DNA of 24,569 nucleotides, from NCBI GenBank assembly GCA_964476875.1, contig CAYZDM010000001.1:1-24569 (forward strand). Reading direction: 5' to 3'. Shown here in pieces: positions 7,409 through 15,306 of this stretch (positions are counted from its first letter, which is position 1; the number at the start of each line of letters is the position of its first letter). The notes under the pieces are model-generated. The model made no database searches. It worked only from the letters and a program-made list of their open reading frames with translations, and was not told where the DNA came from. Source of the stretch: an uncultured Sandaracinaceae bacterium. GTDB taxonomy: Bacteria > Myxococcota_A > Polyangia > Polyangiales > Houyiibacteriaceae. The position numbers were made by a program, and so were the translations under genes.

Positions 7409-9738
7409 TCGACTTCGAGAAGCTCGGGAAGCTCTATCTCGGGAGGCGCATCGAGCCCAGCCACGACGAGCCGAGCGAGATTCCCGTTCTGTACGATTCG
7501 AAAGATCTCACCACGCATGCCGTCTGCGTCGGAATGACCGGCAGCGGGAAGACCGGCTTGTGCCTGACGCTCCTCGAGGAGGCCGCGATCGATGGCATTC
7601 CGGCCCTGTGCATCGACCCCAAGGGCGACCTTGGCAATCTCCTGCTCACGTTTCCCGAGCTCAAACCGGGCGACTTCGAGCCCTGGATCGACCCCGCGGA
7701 AGCCGAACGAAAGGGCCGTTCGGTGACGGAGCAGGCCGAAGCTGTGTCCGCCCTGTGGCGCGAAGGTCTCGCGAAGTGGGGGCAGGACGGCGCACGAATC
7801 GCGCGGTTCAAAGAGGCCGTCGACATCAGCATCTACACACCGGGGAGCTCTGCGGGCCGACCGCTTCGTGTACTGGAATCATTTGCCGTCCCGGATGAAC
7901 AGGCCGACGATGACGAACGGCGCGATGAGCTCATGGGCGCTGTCTCAGGCCTGCTCGCGCTCGTCGGGATCGACCCGGATCCGGTCAACAGCAAAGAGCA
8001 CATTCTTCTCTCGAATCTGCTCCATGACGCCTGGTCCAAGGGCAAGTCGCTCGAGCTGGGCGATCTCATTCGGGCGATTTCGGACCCCCCGATCGATCGC
8101 GTCGGTGTCATGGATCTCGAGACGTTCTATCCCGCGGCCGACCGCGAGAAGCTCGCCATGCGGCTCAACGGAGTCTTGGCGTCGCCCGGCTTTTCTGCTT
8201 GGCTCGAAGGCGAGCCGCTCGATATTCAGAGCCTTCTATGGACCGATGAGGGCAAGCCTCGAATCACCATTCTGTCGATCGCGCATCTGAGCGAAGCCGA
8301 ACGGATGTTTTTCGTCAGCACGCTGCTCAATCGCGTCGTCTCCTGGGTGCGCACTCAGTCGGGGACATCGAGTCTCCGCGCGATCTTGTACATGGATGAG
8401 GTGTTCGGGTTTCTTCCGCCGGTGGCTGAGCCTCCGTCGAAGCGACCGCTTCTCACACTCCTCAAGCAGGCGCGCGCCTATGGGTTTGGTGTCGTGCTTG
8501 CGACCCAGAACCCGGTCGACCTCGACTACAAGGCGCTGTCGAACTGCGGCACCTGGTTTCTCGGACGCTTGCAAACCGCGGGCGACGTGGCGCGCGTCGT
8601 CGATGGGCTGGAAGGAGCGTCATCAGCGGCCGGCGGCGCTGTCGATCGCGGAGAGATTGAGCGATTGCTCGCCGGTCTTCGGAGCCGAGTGTTCCTTCTG
8701 CACAACACACACGAGCACGGCCCGGTCTTGTTCCACACCCGCTGGGCGATGTCGTATCTGCGAGGACCGCTCACGCGCCAACAGATCAAGCTTCTGAACC
8801 CGCGCGATGAGCGCGCCAGTTCGGCCCCGGCTGACATAGCCAAGCCGACGCGAGCGGGAGGCTCCCAAAGCGTCCGACCGATTCTTCCGGCGGGGATCGA
8901 AGAGGTTTTCCTGAGCGAGGAGGCCGGCACGTACAGACCCCAGGTCGCCGCGTCGGTCTCCCTTCACTATGTACGGGCTTCTCACGGGCTCGACGTTTGG
9001 GAAGAGCAAGTGATCCTGGCGCCCCTCGAACAGGACTCGCCATGGGACTCCGCGTTGGTCTGTGAGCCGGGCGAGCTTGAGTTTGACCACGATGCCCCTG
9101 AGGACGCACAGTTCATCGCGCCGCCCGCAGGGTCAGTGGGGAAGGGCCGCTTCCGCAGCTACGGCAAGCAAATCAAGACGCACTTCTATCAGAATCGGCC
9201 CAAGCACCTCTGGCGTTGCAAAGCCTTGAAGCTCCAATCGAAGCCGGGGGAAACCAAAGCCGAGTTCTCGGCGAGAGTGCAACTCGCGAGGCGGGAGAAG
9301 CGCGACGACGCGGCGGAGAAACTGCGGGGGCGGTACGCCAAGAAGGTTCAGCAGATCGAGGACAGGGTTCGCCGCGCCGAGGCGCGCGTCGAGCGTGAAC
9401 AGGGCCAGGTCGATCAACAGAAACTGCAAACCGGGATCTCGCTGGGCGCCACCGTGCTAGGGGCGATCTTTGGCAGGCGAGGGATCGGGAGTGCGACCAG
9501 CGCAGCGCGGGGCGCGGGTAGGGTTGCCCGCGAGCGCGAGGATGTACGACGCGCGGAAGAGAGCGTGCGTGACCTCGAAGAGGCGCAGCGGGCGCTCGAG
9601 ATCGAGCTTGAAGACGCGGTCCGTGATCTTCAGTCGGATGCTGCGCTCGCTGGACCCGAGGTCGAGGAAATCATCGTGCGACCGAGGAAGTCGGACCTCG
9701 ACGTCTCGGACCTCAAACTTGCTTGGAAGCCAGACTGA
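7405..9738 (+). CDS. HerA/FtsK/VirB4-superfamily P-loop ATPase (DUF87-like) with C-terminal coiled-coil hairpin
   Basis: Walker [16 protein letters not shown] motif, Walker [24 protein letters not shown]; GTG start overlaps the upstream TGA (GTGA); 777 aa. Confidence 0.88.
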   Translation: MIDFEKLGKLYLGRRIEPSHDEPSEIPVLYDSKDLTTHAVCVGMTGSGKTGLCLTLLEEAAIDGIPALCIDPKGDLGNLLLTFPELKPGDFEPWIDPAEAERKGRSVTEQAEAVSALWREGLAKWGQDGARIARFKEAVDISIYTPGSSAGRPLRVLESFAVPDEQADDDERRDELMGAVSGLLALVGIDPDPVNSKEHILLSNLLHDAWSKGKSLELGDLIRAISDPPIDRVGVMDLETFYPAADREKLAMRLNGVLASPGFSAWLEGEPLDIQSLLWTDEGKPRITILSIAHLSEAERMFFVSTLLNRVVSWVRTQSGTSSLRAILYMDEVFGFLPPVAEPPSKRPLLTLLKQARAYGFGVVLATQNPVDLDYKALSNCGTWFLGRLQTAGDVARVVDGLEGASSAAGGAVDRGEIERLLAGLRSRVFLLHNTHEHGPVLFHTRWAMSYLRGPLTRQQIKLLNPRDERASSAPADIAKPTRAGGSQSVRPILPAGIEEVFLSEEAGTYRPQVAASVSLHYVRASHGLDVWEEQVILAPLEQDSPWDSALVCEPGELEFDHDAPEDAQFIAPPAGSVGKGRFRSYGKQIKTHFYQNRPKHLWRCKALKLQSKPGETKAEFSARVQLARREKRDDAAEKLRGRYAKKVQQIEDRVRRAEARVEREQGQVDQQKLQTGISLGATVLGAIFGRRGIGSATSAARGAGRVAREREDVRRAEESVRDLEEAQRALEIELEDAVRDLQSDAALAGPEVEEIIVRPRKSDLDVSDLKLAWKPD

Positions 9739-10204
9739 CCGTCTCGAACGCTTCGCGTACCTCGGCGGGCGCTTCGACCAGCTCGATAAGCACGCCTTCC
9801 CCGCCTATGGGCGCGGCCTCGTTGCCCTTTGGATGGATGAAACAGACGCGATGGCCGGCTGCACCGGGCCGGATCCCACCGGGTGTGAATCGCACGCCTT
9901 GCCCTCCGAGCCACTCCACCGCCAGGTCGATGTCGTCGACCCAAAGCCCGATGTGATTTAGCGGCGGCGTGTCGACGCGGGGCTTCTTCCCGGGGTCGAT
10001 GGGCTGCATCAGGTCGACCTCGACCGTGAAGGCACCCGCGCCCATGGTCACGATGTCTTCGTCGACATTTTCCTTCTCGCTCTTGAAATTGCCGTGGGGT
10101 GTCAGCCCCAATGTGTCCACCCAGAGGCGGCGAAGAGCACTCTTGTCAGCGGCACCGACGGCGACCTGCTGGATTCCCAAAACCTTGAACGGACGAGCTG
10201 TCAT
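9713..10204 (-). CDS. VOC (glyoxalase-like) family protein, possibly methylmalonyl-CoA epimerase-like
   Basis: The real gene is the C-terminal 163 aa of track ORF 9713..11077 ([17 protein letters not shown]...VEVDLMQP...[10 protein letters not shown]...FIHPK...LIELVE). SD GAGGA sits 3 nt before ATG 10204 (AAAAGAGGAAAC-ATG). Confidence 0.85.
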   Translation of the reverse strand: MTARPFKVLGIQQVAVGAADKSALRRLWVDTLGLTPHGNFKSEKENVDEDIVTMGAGAFTVEVDLMQPIDPGKKPRVDTPPLNHIGLWVDDIDLAVEWLGGQGVRFTPGGIRPGAAGHRVCFIHPKGNEAAPIGGEGVLIELVEAPAEVREAFETVSLASKQV

Positions 10205-10226
10205 GTTTCCTCTTTTGGAGCGTCCG

Positions 10227-10254
10227 ACCATACCCCGGTTGCCGGGCATGTCCA
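10227..10254 (-). promoter_or_regulatory. Putative sigma70-type promoter of the VOC gene: TGGACA-N16-TATGGT
   Basis: -35 at 10249-10254 and -10 at 10227-10232 on the minus strand, followed by a leader with SD. Confidence 0.5.
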
Positions 10255-10256
10255 CA

Positions 10257-10265
10257 TGGGACAAT
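10257..10265 (+). promoter_or_regulatory. Putative extended -10 of trpS (TG-G-GACAAT), 8 nt before GTG 10274
   Basis: Read directly; no SD before the GTG. Confidence 0.4.
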
Positions 10266-10273
10266 CTCGCCCC

Positions 10274-11236
10274 GTGAAGACCTCCCTCACCGGAATCAAG
10301 CCGACGCACCTTCCGCATTTGGGTAATTACCTGGGCGCGATACGACCTGCGTTGTCGCTCGTCGACGAATACCGAACCCTCTATTTCATCGCCGACTATC
10401 ATGCGGTGACCACGGTTCGCGATGCAGACGCGTTGCGCGGTTACATTCGTGACGTCGCCGCCACCTGGCTCGCGTGTGGACTCGATCCAGAGCGCACGCT
10501 TTTGTACAGGCAGTCCGATGTGCCCGAGGTGTTCGAGCTTACGTGGGTGTTGAGTTGCCTCCTGGCGACTGGGCAACTCGAGCGCGGCCATGCCTACAAG
10601 GATGCGTTGGCACGCGGAGAGTCCCCAAGCGCCGGGCTCTTCAACTACCCTGCCCTCATGGCGGCCGACATCCTGTTGTACGACACAGACGTCGTGCCGA
10701 TCGGCAAGGATCAAAAGCAGCATCTCGAACTCACTCGAGATGTCGCGATGCGACTGAACCACGTCTATGGGGAGGGCACCCTGGTGGTTCCCGAGGCGCT
10801 CATCAGCGAGGCGCCGTTGGTTCCGGGGACCGATGGCGAGAAGATGAGCAAGAGCAAGGGCAACGGCATTCCGCTTTTTGAGACGCCGAAGAAGCTGCGC
10901 AAAGTAGTCATGGGGATCAAGACCACCTCGGAAGGGCTCGACGATCCAAAAACCGCCGAGGGCGCGACCGTGTATGAGCTGTACCTTCTGGTGGCTCCCG
11001 ACAAAGCCCCCGAGATGAAGCAGAAGCTCGAAGCAGGCGGCTACGGTTGGGGCCACGCCAAAGAAGATCTGTTTCAAGCGCTCGAGGCGGAGATCGGTCC
11101 CAAGCGGGACGCCTATCTATCGATTCGTGCGGACGAAGCGCAGCTCGACGCGATCCTTCACGCGGGCGCTGACAAGGCGCGCGCCAGCGCCCGTACGACG
11201 ATTCACCGAGTGCGAAGCGCCGTCGGGATCGATTGA
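10274..11236 (+). CDS. trpS: Tryptophan--tRNA ligase
   Basis: Class I motifs HLGN ([14 protein letters not shown]) and KMSKS; ADYHAVT; [12 protein letters not shown]; [12 protein letters not shown]. Start GTG 10274 preferred; in-frame ATG 10256 is an alternative. Confidence 0.96.
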   Translation: MKTSLTGIKPTHLPHLGNYLGAIRPALSLVDEYRTLYFIADYHAVTTVRDADALRGYIRDVAATWLACGLDPERTLLYRQSDVPEVFELTWVLSCLLATGQLERGHAYKDALARGESPSAGLFNYPALMAADILLYDTDVVPIGKDQKQHLELTRDVAMRLNHVYGEGTLVVPEALISEAPLVPGTDGEKMSKSKGNGIPLFETPKKLRKVVMGIKTTSEGLDDPKTAEGATVYELYLLVAPDKAPEMKQKLEAGGYGWGHAKEDLFQALEAEIGPKRDAYLSIRADEAQLDAILHAGADKARASARTTIHRVRSAVGID

Positions 11237-11237
11237 C

Positions 11238-11747
11238 TCAGTAGACGCTGCTCCACTGAGAGTCATCGTCGAAGTTTTTATAGTTGTCCTGCTTGCCAGC
11301 GGGCGGAGCCTCTTGCTCGACGTCCGGAATGACGAGCAGACCCGGGTGTCCGCTTTCGATCGACTCGTTGGTCAGTAGAAACGTTTGCTTGTGCTTCTGC
11401 CAGGTCTGCCGAATGACGGTGTCGGCTAGCACCATCGTGTCTTGGTCGTACCAGCGAACCGACACACGCGAGAAGGCGCCCTCGCCCTCGTCATCGGTGT
11501 GCGGGTTCATGCCGAGTATCTCGGTGTCGGCGATCTGAATGTCGCGTCCCCATCGCATGTGCGACAGCTTGAACTGAGGTCGAAACGGTGGCGAGACGAA
11601 GCCACTGGCGACGTCCATGCGGCCCCAGCGAGCACCCTCGTTGAGCTCGATCACCGAGTCGCGCATCCGTGTCTCAGGGCTGAGGTTCTGTATCAAGCAG
11701 CCGCAAAGGCCGAGCAACAGACCGACCCACCAGAATTGTCTCGCCAT
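11238..11747 (-). CDS. Hypothetical lipoprotein (possible NTF2/SnoaL-like alpha+beta fold)
   Basis: Signal peptide with lipobox LCG-C; two helices (..NEGARWGRMDVA..) followed by long beta strands (SRVSVRWY...TVIRQTW...FLLTNE). The fold is inference. Confidence 0.75.
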   Translation of the reverse strand: MARQFWWVGLLLGLCGCLIQNLSPETRMRDSVIELNEGARWGRMDVASGFVSPPFRPQFKLSHMRWGRDIQIADTEILGMNPHTDDEGEGAFSRVSVRWYDQDTMVLADTVIRQTWQKHKQTFLLTNESIESGHPGLLVIPDVEQEAPPAGKQDNYKNFDDDSQWSSVY

Positions 11748-11753
11748 GGGCCG

Positions 11754-11783
11754 ACGCTAGGCCCGAGGCTCTACCCTGGGCAA
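11754..11783 (-). promoter_or_regulatory. Putative promoter TTGCCC-N18-TAGCGT, 6 nt before ATG 11747
   Basis: -35 at 11778-11783, -10 at 11754-11759; fills the whole 36-nt intergenic gap; no SD. Confidence 0.5.
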
Positions 11784-14492
11784 CTAATTGGCGAGCCGGG
11801 CTCTAGCGGCCTTGTTGTCCGAGTCGACGGCCAACGCTTTGCGCCATGCCTTGCGCGCCGCATTCGTATCGCCTTCCAGCTGCAGCGCGTCGCCGTACAA
11901 GACGTGATACTCCGCCCGCCGTGGTCGCTTCCGGACGGCCTTCTTGGCCCACTTGGTGGCCCGGTCGCCGTTCTTCTTCACGAGGAACAGCTTTGCGTAC
12001 CCCGCCATGGCCTGAGGGTTTTTGGGGTCCAACTCCCACGCCCGATCGAGGGTAGCCTCGGCGAGGGCGAGATTGCCGCTGCGGATCATGGGTAGGGCCC
12101 GGTGGACGAGGACGTCGGAGGCCTTGGCCGGATCCCGCGGTAGATTCTGGGTCGGAATCGTTAGGGGCTTCGAATCGGCGCGGACCTTGGCTGCCTTCGA
12201 CTGCGCTTTCTTCTTGGGATCAGCTTTTGCCGGCTTCGGTTGCGCTTCCTGTTGAGGCTCCGCGCTGGACGGCTCCTCGGTTGGGCTCTTTTCCGGCGCT
12301 GATTTCGTCTCCGCCGCCCTCTTGGTCGCCGGGCGTTCGGTGTCTCCGCGCCGCTCGACCGCCTCGAGCCCGTTGACCGGCCCGGTGATGGGGCCCCTGT
12401 TGCCGTCGACCTCGGCGTCGGCAACGCCGCTCGTCTCGGCCGCGAGCTCCAGGTCCGGGTGGCTTCGCACCCAGAGCTGCCAAGCGAAGACGCCTAGGCC
12501 GCTCAAGAGCGTCAGTAGGAGCAATACCTGAATCCATGCGGCCATCCCATGTGACGCTTGCGCCGGCGCGAGTAGGGTAGCTGGTCCTTCGAGCATTCTC
12601 GCGAGTTCGAGGTCATCGTCCTCGTGGTACCTCGGCGCGGGCGGCGGCTTCCGGCTGTGCGGCGGAGGTGGTGGCGGGGTCGGTTTCCGTGCTGCAGGGA
12701 CGGTTTTGGCCCCCGCGATCTCTTTTTCGGCGAGCATCTCGAACGCTGGAGCAAGGCCTAGCTGAGTCGTTTTCGGCTCGCGCTTGATCGAGTGGTCGGT
12801 GTGCTCCCGCTCCGCGTGGTGTTCTTTCACCTCGGCGTTTGTCGGAACGGTCCGTCGCTGCGTTTCGACCCGACCCAGCAGCTGACGAACCTTGTTGGTC
12901 GGCGCCTCTTCCTCGGGAAAAGCTTGAGAGGGCGGACCGCCCACCGCGGCCTGGAGATGACGGAAGCGCGGAGGCGCCATGGTGCGCGCACCCTCGAGTT
13001 CTGCGGGCGGGCTCGCCCCGGGAGGGACGGTCGCGTACTCTTCGACTTCGGGGTCGGCGGGCGGAAGCGTAGCGGCGTTGACCTCTACACCCCTGACGTC
13101 GTCGGCGAACCCCAACTCGTGTGAAACGACGCCGAGGGCTTCGTCGACGGGCATCATGATGTTGGCTACAGACGGGAGGTCTTGTTCCCGCACCGACACA
13201 CGTCCGGAGTTGAGTCCCCACAGCGCCAGGAGTGCAGGCATCCCCTGCACGCTCTGAGTTCCGTTCTCGTGCAATGTCGCGTACGCACCGACGATCGAAT
13301 TGTCGGCGATGTCGATCTCGACGGAGCGCTTTTGTCCGGAGATCGTCAGATGGCGAACCCCAGGCATCATACCTAGCGCGCGAAGCAATCGCCCAGGGCC
13401 GATGAGCTCGAGCCTCGTATCGAAGTCCACTTCCTCTTCGACCCGGAGGGACATCTCCGAATCTTGCTCGATCATTGGCAGAATACGGCTCGCGAGTTGC
13501 CCTAGATCCGGCTCTGCACCCGAGGCTGCGTTTGGCCAGAAGTCCTCCCAACGCACGACCAACATCGAAGCCCAGCGCAGCTGCGGATCTTTTCGTATCG
13601 CTCGGACGAACTCGATGCCTTGGCCGCCAACAGCGCCAGAATCCAATACGACGACTTGAGGATCGACCTCGCGGATTCGTGGAATGACCGCGGTCGAAAA
13701 ATCGGCTGCCGCGATCTGGACGCCTCGGGCGCCCAATACTTGCGCGAGCTTTTCGGCCCGGAGCTCGTCCGAGTCGAGGATCACGACGCGCGCGCCCTGC
13801 AGTCCGCTCAGGTCGGCGTCCTGCGTCTCGATCGCATTCGGTAGCGTGGAGAGTCGCCCGCCGCTCGTCTCGTGGAACTCGTACTCGAGCGACTCCGACT
13901 CGTCCATCGCTTCTCGCAGGCGGTCGAGGATCAGTTCCGCGTTGTGTGCGGAAGCCCGCTCCGTTTCGATGACGACCGGCATGCCCTCGATCACGCCTTT
14001 GGGCGAGCGAACGCTCAGAATCCCGGTCTTCATATCGTTCGAAACGAGGTCGACGACGTCCTGCAGGTTGTGTTCGTTGATCTCGCCGGTCATGAGTCCG
14101 GGCCGCCCCGGGACCTCTTCGGCGAGCTCTGCGAGCCGGCGCGCAATGGTGTCTGCGCCCGCACCGCGCGGAACGATGGCGACCGCGCCCGATCGGAAAT
14201 CCTGCCCCTCGTGCTTGAGCACCGCATCGTTCGACACGACGGCGACCGGCAGCACATCGGTTGCTCGATTTGCAGCCATTCGGCGAACGACGCTAGAGCC
14301 GCCACGGACCGCAGCGTCTCCAATTAGAACGACTAAGTCCGGTGCGTACACACGGACGGCTTGTTCGAGCTCAGCCGTTGCACAACCAGCGACGGAGATC
14401 CCATGGCGCCGAAGCGCTTCCCCCAAAGCGGTCTGCATCGGCTCGCCCTGGCCCACCATCAATACAGTAGGCCGGTGCTCCACTTCCGACAT
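11784..14492 (-). CDS. Membrane-anchored multidomain signalling protein: pseudo-REC, DUF4388(PATAN)-like, REC, DUF4388-like, Pro-rich linker, TM, C-terminal TPRs
   Basis: N-terminal REC-like fold (TVLMVG...PDLVVL...LPVAVVS); GEINEHNLQDVVDLV..DMKTGILSV; second REC (RVVILDSD...PQVVVLD); second DUF4388-like segment (LLRAL...VEIDI.DNSIVGA...G.PAL.ALW.LNSGRV); PPPPPP tract; TM WIQVLLLLTLLSGLGVFAW; TPRs (AEATLDRAWELDP...YGDALQLEGD.NAARKAWRKAL). 902 aa. Confidence 0.8.
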   Translation of the reverse strand: MSEVEHRPTVLMVGQGEPMQTALGEALRRHGISVAGCATAELEQAVRVYAPDLVVLIGDAAVRGGSSVVRRMAANRATDVLPVAVVSNDAVLKHEGQDFRSGAVAIVPRGAGADTIARRLAELAEEVPGRPGLMTGEINEHNLQDVVDLVSNDMKTGILSVRSPKGVIEGMPVVIETERASAHNAELILDRLREAMDESESLEYEFHETSGGRLSTLPNAIETQDADLSGLQGARVVILDSDELRAEKLAQVLGARGVQIAAADFSTAVIPRIREVDPQVVVLDSGAVGGQGIEFVRAIRKDPQLRWASMLVVRWEDFWPNAASGAEPDLGQLASRILPMIEQDSEMSLRVEEEVDFDTRLELIGPGRLLRALGMMPGVRHLTISGQKRSVEIDIADNSIVGAYATLHENGTQSVQGMPALLALWGLNSGRVSVREQDLPSVANIMMPVDEALGVVSHELGFADDVRGVEVNAATLPPADPEVEEYATVPPGASPPAELEGARTMAPPRFRHLQAAVGGPPSQAFPEEEAPTNKVRQLLGRVETQRRTVPTNAEVKEHHAEREHTDHSIKREPKTTQLGLAPAFEMLAEKEIAGAKTVPAARKPTPPPPPPHSRKPPPAPRYHEDDDLELARMLEGPATLLAPAQASHGMAAWIQVLLLLTLLSGLGVFAWQLWVRSHPDLELAAETSGVADAEVDGNRGPITGPVNGLEAVERRGDTERPATKRAAETKSAPEKSPTEEPSSAEPQQEAQPKPAKADPKKKAQSKAAKVRADSKPLTIPTQNLPRDPAKASDVLVHRALPMIRSGNLALAEATLDRAWELDPKNPQAMAGYAKLFLVKKNGDRATKWAKKAVRKRPRRAEYHVLYGDALQLEGDTNAARKAWRKALAVDSDNKAARARLAN

Positions 14493-14499
14493 CGTCGTG

Positions 14500-14508
14500 A
14501 TGGTGGCC
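14500..14508 (-). promoter_or_regulatory. Possible -10 (GGC-CACCAT), 7 nt before ATG 14492
   Basis: Spacing fits the window-wide pattern, but the first base is C rather than T; no SD. Confidence 0.25.
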
Positions 14509-14530
14509 GATTCTGATCGATTTCGCCAGC

Positions 14531-14559
14531 TTGGTGCGCTCCGTATTGTTGGCTACACT
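14531..14559 (+). promoter_or_regulatory. Putative promoter TTGGTG-N17-TACACT, 9 nt before ATG 14569
   Basis: Canonical 17-nt spacing; no SD. Confidence 0.5.
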
Positions 14560-14568
14560 CCGCGCCGC

Positions 14569-15204
14569 ATGACCGTATTACCAATGGAGTTCCTCCGGGA
14601 GAGCTTTCCGAAGCTCTTCGCCCGGGGGGTGGAAGTTCTCGAGAGTCGCGCTGCGGGAGGCGACGAGAGCGCGCAACGCATCCTGGAAGACGTCAAAGGC
14701 GTCACCGGTGCGGCCAGCCTTCAGATCGACGACCAAGCGCCGATCGTGCTTTCCGCTAGGGCTGGGACGCTCAGTTCGGGCGATTCGCCGGCTGACGGCG
14801 TGCCAATTCAGATCGTCGCGTCGCTTCCAGGGGATGCGGCGGGCCTCTTGCTTGGAGAAATCGCCAAAACTGGGGCCCTCGAGGACGATGAAGTTGCCGT
14901 CGGGGCCGCTCAAACGGCGTCGAAGCGGTTCGAAGACGCGCTCGCCGGGCGTCCCATGACCACGTTCGTCACGCTTCGGGGGGTCCCCGATCTCGGCGAT
15001 GTCGAGGTCAGGGTCGGCTTCAACGTCCCCGAAGTGCCGAAGGAACCCGGCTTCACGGCGGAACTGCAGTTCTCGGACCTGGAGATGGTCCAGCGGGGCG
15101 AACTCACGGCTCAGGAGTTGTTTCTGGGCGGTAAGCTCAAAATGGAGGGCGATTACTCACTTGCCTTGCAGCTCTCCATGCAGCTCCTGACCAACCCCCT
15201 CTGA
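14569..15204 (+). CDS. SCP2 sterol/lipid-binding domain protein
   Basis: The real gene is the C-terminal about 211 aa of track ORF 13684..15204 (alternative ATG 14584). The C-terminus FTAELQFSDLEMVQRGELTAQELFLGGKLKMEGDYSLALQL matches the SCP2 signature (G.L.P..AF..GKLK..GD..LA.KL). Confidence 0.82.
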   Translation: MTVLPMEFLRESFPKLFARGVEVLESRAAGGDESAQRILEDVKGVTGAASLQIDDQAPIVLSARAGTLSSGDSPADGVPIQIVASLPGDAAGLLLGEIAKTGALEDDEVAVGAAQTASKRFEDALAGRPMTTFVTLRGVPDLGDVEVRVGFNVPEVPKEPGFTAELQFSDLEMVQRGELTAQELFLGGKLKMEGDYSLALQLSMQLLTNPL

Positions 15205-15255
15205 ACGGAAGTTCCCTACCGGGCGGCTGCCGGTTCAACCAATAAGTGGCGGAAG

Positions 15256-15285
15256 TTGCCCGTCGCTCCTCGGGTTCGATACTCT
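15256..15285 (+). promoter_or_regulatory. Putative promoter of the MCP gene: TTGCCC-N18-TACTCT
   Basis: -35 at 15256-15261, -10 at 15280-15285; G-run (15299-15304) before ATG 15307. Confidence 0.35.
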
Positions 15286-15306
15286 GATCTTCGTCAACGG
15301 GGGGTC

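Noticed and set aside
7405-9738. HerA ATPase as an anti-phage defence or conjugation gene
   Set aside because: No Sir2, nuclease, NurA, T4SS or mobility genes nearby; housekeeping neighbourhood with uniform composition.
10205-11077. 291-codon in-frame upstream extension of the VOC ORF, antisense and codon-registered with trpS (superficially like sense/antisense aaRS coding)
   Set aside because: The in-register antisense frame is commonly open in GC-rich genes; the VOC gene has its own SD and promoter at 10204-10254, and the extension has no recognisable motifs.
13684-14568. N-terminal 295 aa of the 506-aa track ORF
   Set aside because: Ser/Arg-rich antisense shadow of the 902-aa gene; the SCP2 gene has a promoter-like element right before 14569.
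15206-15257. Direct repeat CGGAAGTT (15206, 15250) and ACCGG/CCGGT hairpin (15218-15234) after the SCP2 gene
   Set aside because: Only 8 nt and a 5-bp stem without a U-tract; plausible by chance at this GC content.
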